A DNA stretch of 64,000 nt from Thermodesulfobacteriota bacterium (GTDB taxonomy: Bacteria; Desulfobacterota_D; UBA1144; Nemesobacterales; UBA2774). The DNA lies in NCBI GenBank assembly GCA_963422265.1, contig OY729416.1, positions 661,681 to 725,680 on the forward strand, written 5' to 3'. Below, piece after piece: positions 50,972 through 61,274 of this stretch. The translations under genes were made by a program, and so were the position numbers. The notes below the pieces were generated by a model, which did not search any database, had not been told where the DNA came from, and saw only the letters and a program-made list of their open reading frames with translations. Within the stretch, counting starts at the first letter, position 1, and each line of letters begins with the position of its first letter.

Positions 50972-52030
50972 ATGGAAAGGCATTCTAGGCAAATAGATCT
51001 GGGTGGCGTCAAAGTAGGTGGGGGCTCTCCCGTTACTGTCCAGTCTATGACAAAGACGGACACAAGGGATATCCCCACCACCGTAGCTGAAATAAAACGT
51101 TTGGAGCAAGCTGGCTGCGATATAATCCGACTTGCGGTGCCTGACATGGATTCTGCTAAATCACTTGGAGCAATTATTGAACAAACCAGCATACCTATTG
51201 TTTCAGATATACATTTTGATTACCGATTAGCACTCGAAGCGGTCAAGCAAGGCGTCCACGGCATGAGGCTTAATCCGGGCAACATAGGCGCCAAATACAG
51301 AATTAAGGCAGTGGTAGATGCCGTTAGAGAAAGAGGAATACCAATCAGAATCGGTGTCAACTCTGGTTCACTTGAAAAAGACATTTTAAGAAAACATGGT
51401 TCTCCCACGCCTCAGTCTCTAGCGGAAAGTGCCTTAAGGCATGCCCAGATATTAGAGGACATGGATTTTAGGGACATTAAAATCTCAGTCAAGTCAACTG
51501 ATGTAAAAAAGATGATAGAGTCCTATAGGATTTTAGCTGAAAAGTGTGATTATCCTCTCCACCTAGGCGTAACCGAGGCTGGCACCTATGAGCTAGGCGC
51601 TATCAAATCCTCAATCGGCATTGGAACCCTTCTCGCTGAAGGGATAGGAGATACAATTAGGGTTTCCATAACGGGCGACCCTGTAGATGAAATCTTAGTA
51701 GGACTCAACATACTTCGCTCATTAGGACTAAGAAGAAATGGAATTGAACTCATATCATGTCCTGGGTGCGGCAGACTTGAGATTGATTTAGTAAAGCTCG
51801 TGCGAGACGTAGAAAGAAGAATCTTAAACTTGGAACTCCCGAGACCAATCAAGGTCGCTATCTTGGGATGCGTCGTGAACGGCCCTGGCGAGGCATCGGA
51901 AGCCGACATAGGAATTGCAGGTGGCAGAGGAAAGGGAATGCTATACAAAGATGGGAAACTCGTGCGCTCCTTCAAAGAACACCGAATAGTAGATGAACTA
52001 GTTAAAGAACTAGAGAATTTTGCCGTTTAG
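50972..52030 (+). CDS. ispG: 4-hydroxy-3-methylbut-2-en-1-yl diphosphate synthase
   Basis: 352 aa GcpE with TIM-barrel N-terminal domain and C-terminal [4Fe-4S] Cys triad (CPGCGR…GCVVNGPGE). Confidence 0.9.
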   Translation: MERHSRQIDLGGVKVGGGSPVTVQSMTKTDTRDIPTTVAEIKRLEQAGCDIIRLAVPDMDSAKSLGAIIEQTSIPIVSDIHFDYRLALEAVKQGVHGMRLNPGNIGAKYRIKAVVDAVRERGIPIRIGVNSGSLEKDILRKHGSPTPQSLAESALRHAQILEDMDFRDIKISVKSTDVKKMIESYRILAEKCDYPLHLGVTEAGTYELGAIKSSIGIGTLLAEGIGDTIRVSITGDPVDEILVGLNILRSLGLRRNGIELISCPGCGRLEIDLVKLVRDVERRILNLELPRPIKVAILGCVVNGPGEASEADIGIAGGRGKGMLYKDGKLVRSFKEHRIVDELVKELENFAV

Positions 52031-52138
52031 GCGCTGACTGCTCTCACAATAATCCTGTGTAATCCCGTTCAGAAAAAAAACTTGCTCATAATGTTGCGGC
52101 ATATTATTATTAAGATGGTTTTATGTTACTTTTAGAAT

Positions 52139-53194
52139 GTGAACCAGTTTATTGCAAGTATCAAAGGCCGTAGCTCCGCGGAAAATCCGGCTAATAGGTT
52201 TGAAAAGATTGAATACGAACCTTCCGAAGAAGAAGTCGCGCAAGGAATCTCTCCTAAGACCATATTCTATAAAGACACCGCCAAATCAATAATTACCCGC
52301 AATGATAGCCCTGACGTCGGTTTTAACGCGGGAATCAATCCCTATAGAGGCTGTGAACACGGTTGTATATATTGCTATGCAAGACCAACTCACGAGTTTC
52401 TAGGTCTTTCTCTTGGACTGGATTTTGAGACTAAAATATTTATAAAAGGAGACGCCCCAAAACTGCTTAGAAAAGAGCTTTCCTCAAAAAAATATGAGAG
52501 CGAAGCCATAGTAATCAGCGGCAATACGGACTGCTATCAGCCCGTTGAGAAACATTTTAAGTTGACACGCTCCTGCCTCGAAGTCCTCCTAGAGTTTAAT
52601 AACCCTACTGCAGTAATTACAAAAAACTACCTGGTAACACGTGACCTAGACCTGCTAAAAAAATTTACCGAATGGGACGGCGTGATCGTTGCCATTTCCA
52701 TCACTACTTTGGATTCAGAACTTAGATCCCGTATGGAGCCTAGAACCTCTTCGCCCAGTCTGAGATTAAAAGCCATAGAAGAGCTTTCCAAAAATGGAAT
52801 TCCGGTGATAGTAATGGTTGCACCTGTAATACCAGGACTTACCGACCATGAAATCCCTAATATTATAAGTAGCGCCGCTAGCGTCGGGGCGGTAGGAGCA
52901 GGCTATATAATGCTTAGACTGCCATACGGGGTATCGGACATCTTTTCAAGTTGGCTTGAGAGACACTATCCAGATAGAAAGGACAAAGTGCTTAACCGAA
53001 TAAAATCGGTGCGAGGAGGAAAACTTAACGACGCTCAGTTCTACGACAGAATGAAGGGACGGGGTATATACGCAGAACAAATAAAGAATTTGTTTGATAT
53101 ATCTTATAGAAAAGCAGGATTTGATAAAAATGAAATAAACCTCTCAACCGATCATTTTAATACATCTAGTGAGACGCAGATGAAACTACTATAA
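52139..53194 (+). CDS. Radical SAM protein, SPL/'DNA repair photolyase'-like family (COG1533)
   Basis: CEHGCIYC (Cx3Cx2C). Overall length and fold fit the SplB-like radical SAM family. GTG start. Confidence 0.75.
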   Translation: MNQFIASIKGRSSAENPANRFEKIEYEPSEEEVAQGISPKTIFYKDTAKSIITRNDSPDVGFNAGINPYRGCEHGCIYCYARPTHEFLGLSLGLDFETKIFIKGDAPKLLRKELSSKKYESEAIVISGNTDCYQPVEKHFKLTRSCLEVLLEFNNPTAVITKNYLVTRDLDLLKKFTEWDGVIVAISITTLDSELRSRMEPRTSSPSLRLKAIEELSKNGIPVIVMVAPVIPGLTDHEIPNIISSAASVGAVGAGYIMLRLPYGVSDIFSSWLERHYPDRKDKVLNRIKSVRGGKLNDAQFYDRMKGRGIYAEQIKNLFDISYRKAGFDKNEINLSTDHFNTSSETQMKLL

Positions 53195-53256
53195 AAGCTA
53201 AGCTGATTATCACTCAGTAGGATTTCCAATCTTTTTGTACTCAAAAGCATTATAAG

Positions 53257-54651
53257 CTACCGAGCAAAAGGAACAGCATCAATAACTTCAATACGGACTT
53301 CTTCTGGCGCTGCATTTAGAAATCCAGCTTCGATATCTCTAAAAGTCCTTCTACTATGCGCAGGCAGCACGTCGTAAATTATCGCTCGATTTGAAGACGT
53401 TGGAGATCCTCCCCTAAACGAGAAGAACTTAACCTTAAACTCAATTTTGGCGTAATCAATGCCACTCTTGTTACTAAGCGTGATCTCTGATATCTTGCCT
53501 ATAGTTTGCGCGACGCCTCCCCCCCATACAAAATCTTCAACTATAATGTCATGACGAGGAAGTGGGACCTCTTCAACTTCATACTGGTCTTGGGCTAGCG
53601 TAGTTTGCTTGTCCGGCAATTGTTCTTTGTCTTGCAGGGGCTTTTGCTCGGACCCTATTGCCGGTTCTTTAAGTGCTACACTATCCTCAAGTCCAACTGA
53701 CGCTCCTTCCCGCTCTTGCTCTAACCTTTTCTTGTATCTTTCAGATAGAGAAAGCCTTTTGCTTCCCTGGGATTCATAATCTTGCTGTAAAGACTTGTCC
53801 AAGTTAGCGTCACTTTCTAACCTCTTTACGGATTTGCCTTCCTTTTGAGCAATCCTGTAACGTAGCTCCTTTTCAGATATGAGCTTTGCACTTACCACGC
53901 TTACCATGTCTCTGCTCGCGCCCGGATGCCTGAAGCCAACGTTCACGTCCTTAAACGTCACCTCACCTTTAGCTGGAATAACGTCGTGGATAACCGCTCT
54001 GCCAGCAAATCCTTTGCTCCCAACCTTAACGTTGCTCGCACCTGAAAAGTCAACCCTTATCTTAACGTCTTTCCAATTCTCATTGCTCTTGTTTACCAAG
54101 GTTAGTTCTTTCAGAATTCCTTCCGTTCCATATTGCCCTCCTATCCATTCCCAATCCTTTACTAATATAATATCCTTTACCTGAGTAGAATCTTCATCTT
54201 CAATTAACTCCGCCCCTACTACTCTCGCAACGGTGTTTTGAAGTTCCGAGTGCATCATGCCAAATTCAATATTATAAAACGTTTTCTCGCTCCCAGACCG
54301 TAAGACGTCACTTATCATTGATCTCAAAGAACCAATCGAAATACCGTTACCAGAATATAAATCAACTTCAATCGCAATATTTTCGTAGTCTTCCTCGCCA
54401 CGATTCTCAAGGGTAATCTCTCCCAAAATGGCAGCCCTGCCCATCCCACCGGAAGCCCATTTATAGTCCTTAACCACTATGACACTCTTTGGAGACTCCG
54501 TTTTTTTTCTTATAGCGTTCACGTCTTGGACAACGAGGTTAAGAAAACAAAACGAAAATATGGCTACTGTCATAAGGTTTAATATCTGATTAGCGAATCC
54601 GTAGCTATTAAGTCTGAATTTTGTAAGTCTCAATTTTGTCATGTAAGGCAT
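53257..54651 (-). CDS. Membrane-anchored protein with three internal repeats of about 110 aa (unknown domain)
   Basis: N-terminal TM (VAIFSFCFLNLVV), then three units sharing (K/E)D(Y/W/F)xW.GG…I.GEITL.N……I.(V/I).(V/F)…A.I.DV(L/I)PA….TF.D(I/V)..GF, separated by charged linkers. No recognisable family. Confidence 0.5.
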   Translation of the reverse strand: MPYMTKLRLTKFRLNSYGFANQILNLMTVAIFSFCFLNLVVQDVNAIRKKTESPKSVIVVKDYKWASGGMGRAAILGEITLENRGEEDYENIAIEVDLYSGNGISIGSLRSMISDVLRSGSEKTFYNIEFGMMHSELQNTVARVVGAELIEDEDSTQVKDIILVKDWEWIGGQYGTEGILKELTLVNKSNENWKDVKIRVDFSGASNVKVGSKGFAGRAVIHDVIPAKGEVTFKDVNVGFRHPGASRDMVSVVSAKLISEKELRYRIAQKEGKSVKRLESDANLDKSLQQDYESQGSKRLSLSERYKKRLEQEREGASVGLEDSVALKEPAIGSEQKPLQDKEQLPDKQTTLAQDQYEVEEVPLPRHDIIVEDFVWGGGVAQTIGKISEITLSNKSGIDYAKIEFKVKFFSFRGGSPTSSNRAIIYDVLPAHSRRTFRDIEAGFLNAAPEEVRIEVIDAVPFAR

Positions 54652-54731
54652 TTTAGCTCCTCAAATAGTTTTGACGTTTATGTTATAGATCAGTAATATA
54701 TACTTATGTATAAGAAAGCCAATATACCTTA

Positions 54732-54753
54732 TATTGACGACATATTGACGACG
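54732..54753. repeat. Tandem 11-bp direct repeat tattgacgaca/tattgacgacg in divergent promoter region
   Basis: Two adjacent copies, each containing a TTGACG -35-like hexamer, between the repeat-protein gene (-) and the GYD gene (+). Confidence 0.6.
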
Positions 54754-54821
54754 GATGTATGAAAACTGACTCATATAAAAAAGTAACCACTAAATTAACA
54801 ACTATAGAGTAACCGATAAAA

Positions 54822-55142
54822 ATGGGCGTTTACGTTCTACTAAGCAAGCTTACCCCTGAAGGTAGGAGGACAATCAAGGAGAGGCCTCATAGGATAAAGG
54901 AAGTAGTTAAGGAATTGAAAGAATCGGGCGTGAAGGTATTTCAGCAATACGCGACGCTAGGTCAATATGATTTTATCAACATAGTTGAGGCGCCCGACAA
55001 CGAGACAATAAGCAGGATTTCCGTTGACTTGTGCTCACGGGGGACAGTCGAGATTGTTACCTTGGCAGCAGTTCCAATAAACTCTTACGTGTCCACTCTT
55101 AAGAACGCCCAAATAGTTTCTTCACAGAGGAAGAAAGGCTAA
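54822..55142 (+). CDS. GYD-domain protein
   Basis: 106 aa with a GYD family signature (TLGQYDFINIVEAPD). Confidence 0.7.
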   Translation: MGVYVLLSKLTPEGRRTIKERPHRIKEVVKELKESGVKVFQQYATLGQYDFINIVEAPDNETISRISVDLCSRGTVEIVTLAAVPINSYVSTLKNAQIVSSQRKKG

Positions 55143-55511
55143 TTCTAATACTAACAAACTTGCGGATAGGGATTTTCACAACCCATATCTAAAAACTAAA
55201 TATCACAATTATTTCCTAAGCGTTCACGTAACTTGATAAGAAAAATTTTCAAAGAGTTTAAGAGAATTTTGAAAGACCACTCTGAAGACGTTTATGGAGT
55301 AGGATCCCGCATTACACTTTCCCTTTATATTATTCTATCCATAGCGTGCCTTGTCGTGCCGCTACTCTTTCTTCTTATACTGATTTTGTTAAAGGTTATT
55401 TAACAAATACGAAAACACACCCCCTGTCGCTACTTACTTGTTATCCTTAACTGCTTGTCTCGCCAGTCTTTTGACCGAACTATTAATCCTATGTAACATA
55501 GCTTTTTATAG

Positions 55512-57323
55512 ATGGGTAAAATAAGGATTCTTTCCGACAATTTAGTCTCCAAAATTGCAGCAGGGGAAATAGTCGAAAGACCCGCTTCTGTAGTCAAAGA
55601 ACTAATTGAAAACTCAATCGACGCTAGCAGCACAATGATTGAAGTTGAGATTGAGAACGGCGGGAAAAGGCTAATCAGGGTATCGGATAACGGTGAGGGA
55701 ATGACAAGAGATGAGTCCCTTATGTCATTAGAAAGGCACGCGACTAGTAAAATTAAAGATATTAAAGACTTGTTCTCTGTTAGCACGTTGGGGTTCCGAG
55801 GCGAAGCAATACCAAGCATAGCTAGCGTGTCGAGATTCAAGGTAACGACCATATCTCAAGGCGAAGAGATCGGCACTGTAATCAACGTTGAGGGTGGAAA
55901 GATAAGAAGCGTTGAGGAAATTGGCGCTCCACAAGGCACTACTACAGAAGTTAAGAACTTATTTTATAATACGCCCGCAAGGCTTAAATTTATGAGAAAG
56001 ATTGAAACCGAAGTTACTAACGTTTTAAGCATCGTAGAGCGAGAAGCTATTTCACATCCCGAAATTGGTTTTAGGTTAAACAGCGACGGAAAAACACTGC
56101 TCCATTTCCTTGCGAGAAAAAGTATTGATAAAAGGGTCCAAGAAATATACCCAAACACCAACCTCTTTCCGATCGTCGCAAGCGTAGAAGAAGTAGGCGT
56201 GTCGGGTCTTATGTCAAGCCCGCTTGATCACCGGTCATCCGCTCAAAAGATTTTTATATACGTCAACCTAAGGAGCGTAAAAGATAGACTCTTAACACGC
56301 ATGATAATCAACTCCTATGGAAAAATGCTTGAGAAGGGCAAATTTCCACAGGGTGCGCTTTTCGTAGAAATACCACCTGAGCAGGTAGACGTCAACGTCC
56401 ACCCTAGCAAAAACGAAGTCAGATTTAAGAACACAAGACTTATTGACGGCTTGATAAAGTCATCAATAACAAGAATGCTTGAAAATGCTCCCTGGATTAA
56501 GGATTACCATAAAAGAGTTGAGGGCGCCGTTAGTAATTTTGAACAAAGACGCTACGACGTTACAATTCCTCATATAAGTCACCTACGTGAACCTAAACGG
56601 GCAGTCTATAAAAATTGGACTGATACGAACGCCGCCTACGAACGTTTAAGCCAAGAAGGCGCAAACAAGCAAAACGAAACCAAGCCACAAATAACGATCA
56701 ATAAACCCAAAGGACAAGATTTATTCAAGAACAAGGGCTTTTATTCAAGCCTTAAAGTAATTGGTCAACTGGGCGAGCTATACATAGTCTGCGCCTCTCA
56801 AAATGGAATGGTTCTCGTAGATCAGCACGCCGCCCATGAAAGGATAAATTATGAAAAGGTTAAAAAGGCTTACGCTAAATCAGGCGCCCTCGACGCGCAG
56901 GAGATGCTCGTTCCGGAGACCGTTGAATTCTCTCCTTATGAAGCAGGTTTGATTGAAAGGCATGGAGAAGAAATTAAACGATTGGGATTAAGGGTAGAGA
57001 ATTTTGGCGACAACGCCTTCATAATTAGATCAACTCCCGCTATATTAAATAATATAGACTGCGCGAGCCTATTAAAAGACATAGCTTCCGAGATTGCCGA
57101 CGTTGGCATGGAGAAAAGTATTAGCGAAAGAATAGACCGCGCAATATCAACAATAGCATGTCACTCATCTATAAGAGCTAACCAAGGGCTTGACGCTCAA
57201 AAAATGGAAGCCCTTCTTCAAGGGCTTGATCATTCAGACTTTCCACACTCGTGTCCCCACGGTAGACCAGTAGCTCGTGAAGTTACGTTTTACGAGATAG
57301 AGAAGATGTTTAAAAGAACGTAG
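55512..57323 (+). CDS. mutL: DNA mismatch repair protein MutL
   Basis: GHKL ATPase N-terminus (AAGEIVERPASVVKELIENSIDA…GFRGEAL-like) and a C-terminal dimerisation domain. 603 aa. Confidence 0.95.
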   Translation: MGKIRILSDNLVSKIAAGEIVERPASVVKELIENSIDASSTMIEVEIENGGKRLIRVSDNGEGMTRDESLMSLERHATSKIKDIKDLFSVSTLGFRGEAIPSIASVSRFKVTTISQGEEIGTVINVEGGKIRSVEEIGAPQGTTTEVKNLFYNTPARLKFMRKIETEVTNVLSIVEREAISHPEIGFRLNSDGKTLLHFLARKSIDKRVQEIYPNTNLFPIVASVEEVGVSGLMSSPLDHRSSAQKIFIYVNLRSVKDRLLTRMIINSYGKMLEKGKFPQGALFVEIPPEQVDVNVHPSKNEVRFKNTRLIDGLIKSSITRMLENAPWIKDYHKRVEGAVSNFEQRRYDVTIPHISHLREPKRAVYKNWTDTNAAYERLSQEGANKQNETKPQITINKPKGQDLFKNKGFYSSLKVIGQLGELYIVCASQNGMVLVDQHAAHERINYEKVKKAYAKSGALDAQEMLVPETVEFSPYEAGLIERHGEEIKRLGLRVENFGDNAFIIRSTPAILNNIDCASLLKDIASEIADVGMEKSISERIDRAISTIACHSSIRANQGLDAQKMEALLQGLDHSDFPHSCPHGRPVAREVTFYEIEKMFKRT

Positions 57324-57382
57324 ATACTTAGTCACTTTAAAACACTACGAATTTATTATGATGATTAATGGAGGTTCACAAC

Positions 57383-57955
57383 ATGGGCGTCGTTGAAACA
57401 AATCAATTTCACAAAGGGCTCAAAATTGAGTTTGAAGGAAATATATGGGAGATAATTGAATATCGTCACTCTAAAGTCGCTCAACGAAGCGCCGTGATGA
57501 AAACCAAGCTAAGAAACGTAGTCACCGGAGCCGTTCAGGAAAAGAATTTCCGCTCAGGCGATAGCTTTAAGGTTCCGGACGTGGACAGAAAAACTATGCA
57601 GTTTCTCTATAAAGATGACATAGGCTATCACTTTATGGATTTAGATACCTACGAGCAGCACAGCCTTACCCCAAATCAAGTCGGTGAAGCAGCTAGGTTT
57701 CTAAAAGAACAGCAGGAGTTAAACGTTCTTTACTTTAATAATGAGCCCATGGGGCTGGAGCTGCCAACGGCTGTTGAGGTTGACGTAGTGGAAACCAATC
57801 CCGGCGTAAAAGGAGACACCGTATCAGGTAGCACTAAGCCCGCTAAGCTAGAGACCGGCGCTACCATCCAGGTGCCTCTTTTTATTGACGTAGGCAACTG
57901 TATAAGGGTTGATACAAGAACTGGCGAATACTTAGATAGGATTAAAAAGAAGTAA
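57383..57955 (+). CDS. efp: Elongation factor P
   Basis: Three OB-like domains, about 186 aa from ATG 57383 (GGAGG 7 nt upstream). The track's 57368 start adds MEVHN. Confidence 0.9.
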   Translation: MGVVETNQFHKGLKIEFEGNIWEIIEYRHSKVAQRSAVMKTKLRNVVTGAVQEKNFRSGDSFKVPDVDRKTMQFLYKDDIGYHFMDLDTYEQHSLTPNQVGEAARFLKEQQELNVLYFNNEPMGLELPTAVEVDVVETNPGVKGDTVSGSTKPAKLETGATIQVPLFIDVGNCIRVDTRTGEYLDRIKKK

Positions 57956-58124
57956 GAGCGCGGAGAAAAAAGTCTATAGAAACTCTAAATTGTTGATTTA
58001 CTTGCATTTTACCATCTACCCAATAGAATAAAAGTATGTATGAGAAGTAAGAGCACACGCTTCTTAGAACGCGATCAATTGACCTATAATCACCATCAAA
58101 ACTTAGTAGCCATGGGGAGATGAT

Positions 58125-58970
58125 ATGAAAGAATACGCGCATCCTGAAGTCTTGGTAAATACAGATTGGGCAGCAGCCCACGTTGACGATCCTAAGGTAA
58201 GGATTATAGAATCGGATGAGGACGTGCTTTTATACGACGTGGGACACATAGAAGGCGCCGTTAAAGTTGACTGGCAAACAGACCTTCAAGATCAGTTGAT
58301 TAGGGATTACGTAAATAGAGACAAATTTGAGAAGCTCATGTCTGAAAAGGGGATATCTAACGATACCACGGCCGTTTTTTATGGAGATAGAAACAATTGG
58401 TGGGCTTGTTACGCCTTTTGGGTATTTAAGTTGTTTGGACACGAGAAATGCCTTATAATAAACGGCGGAAGACAGAAATGGGTTGAAGAGGGACGCCCGC
58501 TCACAAAAGAGGTAAAAGAATATCCCAAGACTGATTACCAAGTCTCGGGAACAGATGAATCCATACGCGCATTCAGGGATGACGTTACGGTGCATATGGG
58601 GTCTGGCAAACCATTGATAGACGTTCGCTCTCCAAAAGAATACAGCGGAGAACTCCTACACATGGAGGCGTACCCACAGGAAGGCGCCCTCCGAGGCGGC
58701 CACATTCCCGGGGCTGCGAACGTTCCATGGGCTACGGCTGCTAATGAGAACGGCACGTTTAAATCCGCTGACGAGCTTCGATCTATATATATGGAAAGTA
58801 AGGGGCTTAAAACTGACGACGAAGTTATAGCTTATTGCAGGATTGGGGAGAGGTCATCTCACACCTGGTTTGTGCTGACGTATCTCTTGGGCTTTGAGAG
58901 AACAAGAAACTACGACGGTTCTTGGACGGAGTGGGGTAATCTTGTCAGGGTGCCTATAGAAAGACCTTAA
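58125..58970 (+). CDS. sseA: Thiosulfate/3-mercaptopyruvate sulfurtransferase (tandem rhodanese domains)
   Basis: Two rhodanese domains. Active-site Cys in the C-terminal domain (CRIGERSS). Confidence 0.8.
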   Translation: MKEYAHPEVLVNTDWAAAHVDDPKVRIIESDEDVLLYDVGHIEGAVKVDWQTDLQDQLIRDYVNRDKFEKLMSEKGISNDTTAVFYGDRNNWWACYAFWVFKLFGHEKCLIINGGRQKWVEEGRPLTKEVKEYPKTDYQVSGTDESIRAFRDDVTVHMGSGKPLIDVRSPKEYSGELLHMEAYPQEGALRGGHIPGAANVPWATAANENGTFKSADELRSIYMESKGLKTDDEVIAYCRIGERSSHTWFVLTYLLGFERTRNYDGSWTEWGNLVRVPIERP

Positions 58971-59055
58971 TTCACTAAAAACCAGCAACTAAAGGATGCG
59001 GCTCTCCCAAAGCGGCATCCTTCTAGGCTTTTAGCTAACCCCAATTACCACGTTA

Positions 59056-59481
59056 ATGAGTAGGATAAAAGATATAATAGAGGCGTTTCAGGAAGCCGAT
59101 TATCAGGAGACGCTTGCAATGCTTCTTGATTATTCAGAGGTACTACCTGAGATTCCGGATGAATACGTAGAGGCGCGGAACGCCGGTTATAACAGGGTGA
59201 CAGAGTGCGAAACCCCTGTTTTTATATGGGTCGACGTGAAAGAGGGTAAAGTCAAAATTTATGCGGACGCCCCCGCGGAATCCCCAACGGTAAGGGGGTT
59301 CGTATCCCTCTTGGTTGACGCATTTGACGGCGCCACCCCAAAAGAGATAGAAGACGCCCCGTCATATCTCATAAATAGTCTCGGCTTGGACCGCAAGCTA
59401 GGCACAAGACGCATGTTTGGATTGAGCGCTGTGTATAATCGTATTAAAAACGACGTGAAGCACGCAACGCAAATGAGCTAA
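59056..59481 (+). CDS. sufE: SufE-like sulfur acceptor protein
   Basis: 141 aa SufE fold. Adjacent to the rhodanese gene. Confidence 0.75.
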   Translation: MSRIKDIIEAFQEADYQETLAMLLDYSEVLPEIPDEYVEARNAGYNRVTECETPVFIWVDVKEGKVKIYADAPAESPTVRGFVSLLVDAFDGATPKEIEDAPSYLINSLGLDRKLGTRRMFGLSAVYNRIKNDVKHATQMS

Positions 59482-59490
59482 ATAACCTGA

Positions 59491-59961
59491 TCACTCATCG
59501 GTCTTTACTACGTACATCTTTGGGTTCTGGAGTCTTACCGCTTGCAGTCTTTGCTGTATAATGTGAGCGAATCGTTTTAATAATTCGTAGCCCAGATCGT
59601 GATCCTCTTCGCATTTTGCGCGGATAAAAACCCCATCTAATGAAATCGCTTTTATAGGTGCTACGGCTCTAGCATCAAAATGCCACGTGTAAGGTGGGAA
59701 TAACCATGACCATCCAAGCGTGTCATCTTCACCTATCATTTGGATTGTTATAGGATCCCTATCTGGATCAAGCCTCGCTTGTAGGGCTACTATGCCTTCC
59801 TGAATAATATAAAAATTTTCAGCCTTATCGCTCTCTTGAAAAATCACATCTCCCTGGTTAAAACTCACGTTTGACGCCTTTTTAGCTATCATGTCTATAT
59901 ACCTTTGCTCAAGCCCTTTGAAGCAGTGGTGACATGCGAGAATTGACACTAGCGCATTCAT
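59491..59961 (-). CDS. Cyclic-nucleotide-binding domain protein (stand-alone cNMP-binding, no HTH)
   Basis: 156 aa with a beta-roll cNMP-binding signature (FQESDKAENFYIIQEGIV…GEDDTLGWSWL). No DNA-binding domain. Confidence 0.7.
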   Translation of the reverse strand: MNALVSILACHHCFKGLEQRYIDMIAKKASNVSFNQGDVIFQESDKAENFYIIQEGIVALQARLDPDRDPITIQMIGEDDTLGWSWLFPPYTWHFDARAVAPIKAISLDGVFIRAKCEEDHDLGYELLKRFAHIIQQRLQAVRLQNPKMYVVKTDE

Positions 59962-60031
59962 TATTATTGTCTCCTCATCATTATTGTCTCCTCATCATTG
60001 TCTCTCATTTATTATCTATCAATCATTGTCT
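59957..60031 (-). promoter_or_regulatory. Leader of cNMP-binding gene: four ATTGTCT motifs and a 17-bp tandem duplication carrying the Shine-Dalgarno
   Basis: ATTGTCT at 59966, 59983, 59997 and 60025 (+ strand). The minus-strand leader reads …tgatgaggagacaataa tgatgaggagacaataa taATG. The duplicated SD creates the mini-ORF ATGATGAGGAGACAATAA. Confidence 0.5.
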
Positions 60032-60092
60032 GCTCAGCCACGTGGTTACTTATGAACATATTATATCATCTCCCTCATCTTATGTTCACTAT

Positions 60093-61196
60093 TCAATTCC
60101 TTATCTGAAAAAGCATGCCTGGTAGCTTTCTAATATAACCATTTAACTCAAGGGATAGTAGGGTTGAAAGCACGATTGAAGAATCAGTTCCAGAGAGCTT
60201 TATAATATTATCAACGTGCAAGGGTTCTGCTTTTAATACGGAATATATCGCTTTTTCTCTACCTGAAAGCAAAGAAATCGTATCTTCCCTTGCTTCAGGT
60301 TTGCTCTTACGGTGCAGGGCATTCAACTGCTCGACTTCACCTAAAACGTCGTCGACTGTCTCAACTAACTTAGCGCCCTTTTTTATAAGCCAGTTAGTTC
60401 CTCTACTTAGGTGTTTACCTATGTTTCCCGGCACCGCAAACACCTCTTTGTTCTGATCAAGAGCAAAGGACGCGCTTATAAGTGAGCCGCTCTTTGCCGA
60501 AGCCTGAACAACTATGACGCCTAACGAAAGACCGCTTATAATCCTGTTTCTCTGTGGAAAGTTGTGCGCATGAGGTTCTGTGCCTAATGAAAACTCCGAA
60601 ATGATAGCGCCGTTTTCTGAAATAGCCTTATAAAGCCTTCTATTTTCTGGAGGGTAGACAACGTCAATACCCGACCCCATTACGCCTATTGTGCGCCCTC
60701 CCCTTTTAATTGTTTCTGAATGAGCAATGGAATCAACCCCGCGTGCCATACCACTAACTATAGTAATGCCCAAAGCCCCAAGCTCACCTGCTAGAGTTTC
60801 CGTGACCTGCCTTCCATATCTATCAGGAGTTCTTGTCCCCACTATGGCTATAGATATTTCATCCCTTGGGATTATAACCCCTTTCTCATACAGAAAAGGG
60901 GGGGGATTATATATACGTTTAAGGCTTCTAGGATATTCCGGATCATTAAGAGTGAGTAGCTTAAACCCATATCTGTCAATTTTACTTATTTCCCTCTCTA
61001 CCCTACTCCACCCCTTAAAATTCTTAATCGCTTGGACATTCCTCTCTCCTATTCCCTCTACCTTTATCAGCTCTTTGGGCTCGGCTTCGAATATATCTTT
61101 AGCATTGTTAAATTTTGAGTATAAGTTCTTAGTAAGTACCTCTCCTATCCCATTTACCATGCTAAGAGCTATCCAATACTTCATCTCGCTTCTCAT
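60093..61196 (-). CDS. dprA: DNA processing protein DprA
   Basis: 367 aa with SAM-like N-terminus, Rossmann-like DprA core (GMARGVDSIAH…GSGID), and C-terminal wH. Confidence 0.9.
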   Translation of the reverse strand: MRSEMKYWIALSMVNGIGEVLTKNLYSKFNNAKDIFEAEPKELIKVEGIGERNVQAIKNFKGWSRVEREISKIDRYGFKLLTLNDPEYPRSLKRIYNPPPFLYEKGVIIPRDEISIAIVGTRTPDRYGRQVTETLAGELGALGITIVSGMARGVDSIAHSETIKRGGRTIGVMGSGIDVVYPPENRRLYKAISENGAIISEFSLGTEPHAHNFPQRNRIISGLSLGVIVVQASAKSGSLISASFALDQNKEVFAVPGNIGKHLSRGTNWLIKKGAKLVETVDDVLGEVEQLNALHRKSKPEAREDTISLLSGREKAIYSVLKAEPLHVDNIIKLSGTDSSIVLSTLLSLELNGYIRKLPGMLFQIRN

Positions 61197-61274
61197 TCTA
61201 ATTTTTAGCGCTTTAATTTAATACTCTCAGACAAACCTGACGCCCTAGACGCACCAGTTATAATCTAACCTAAT

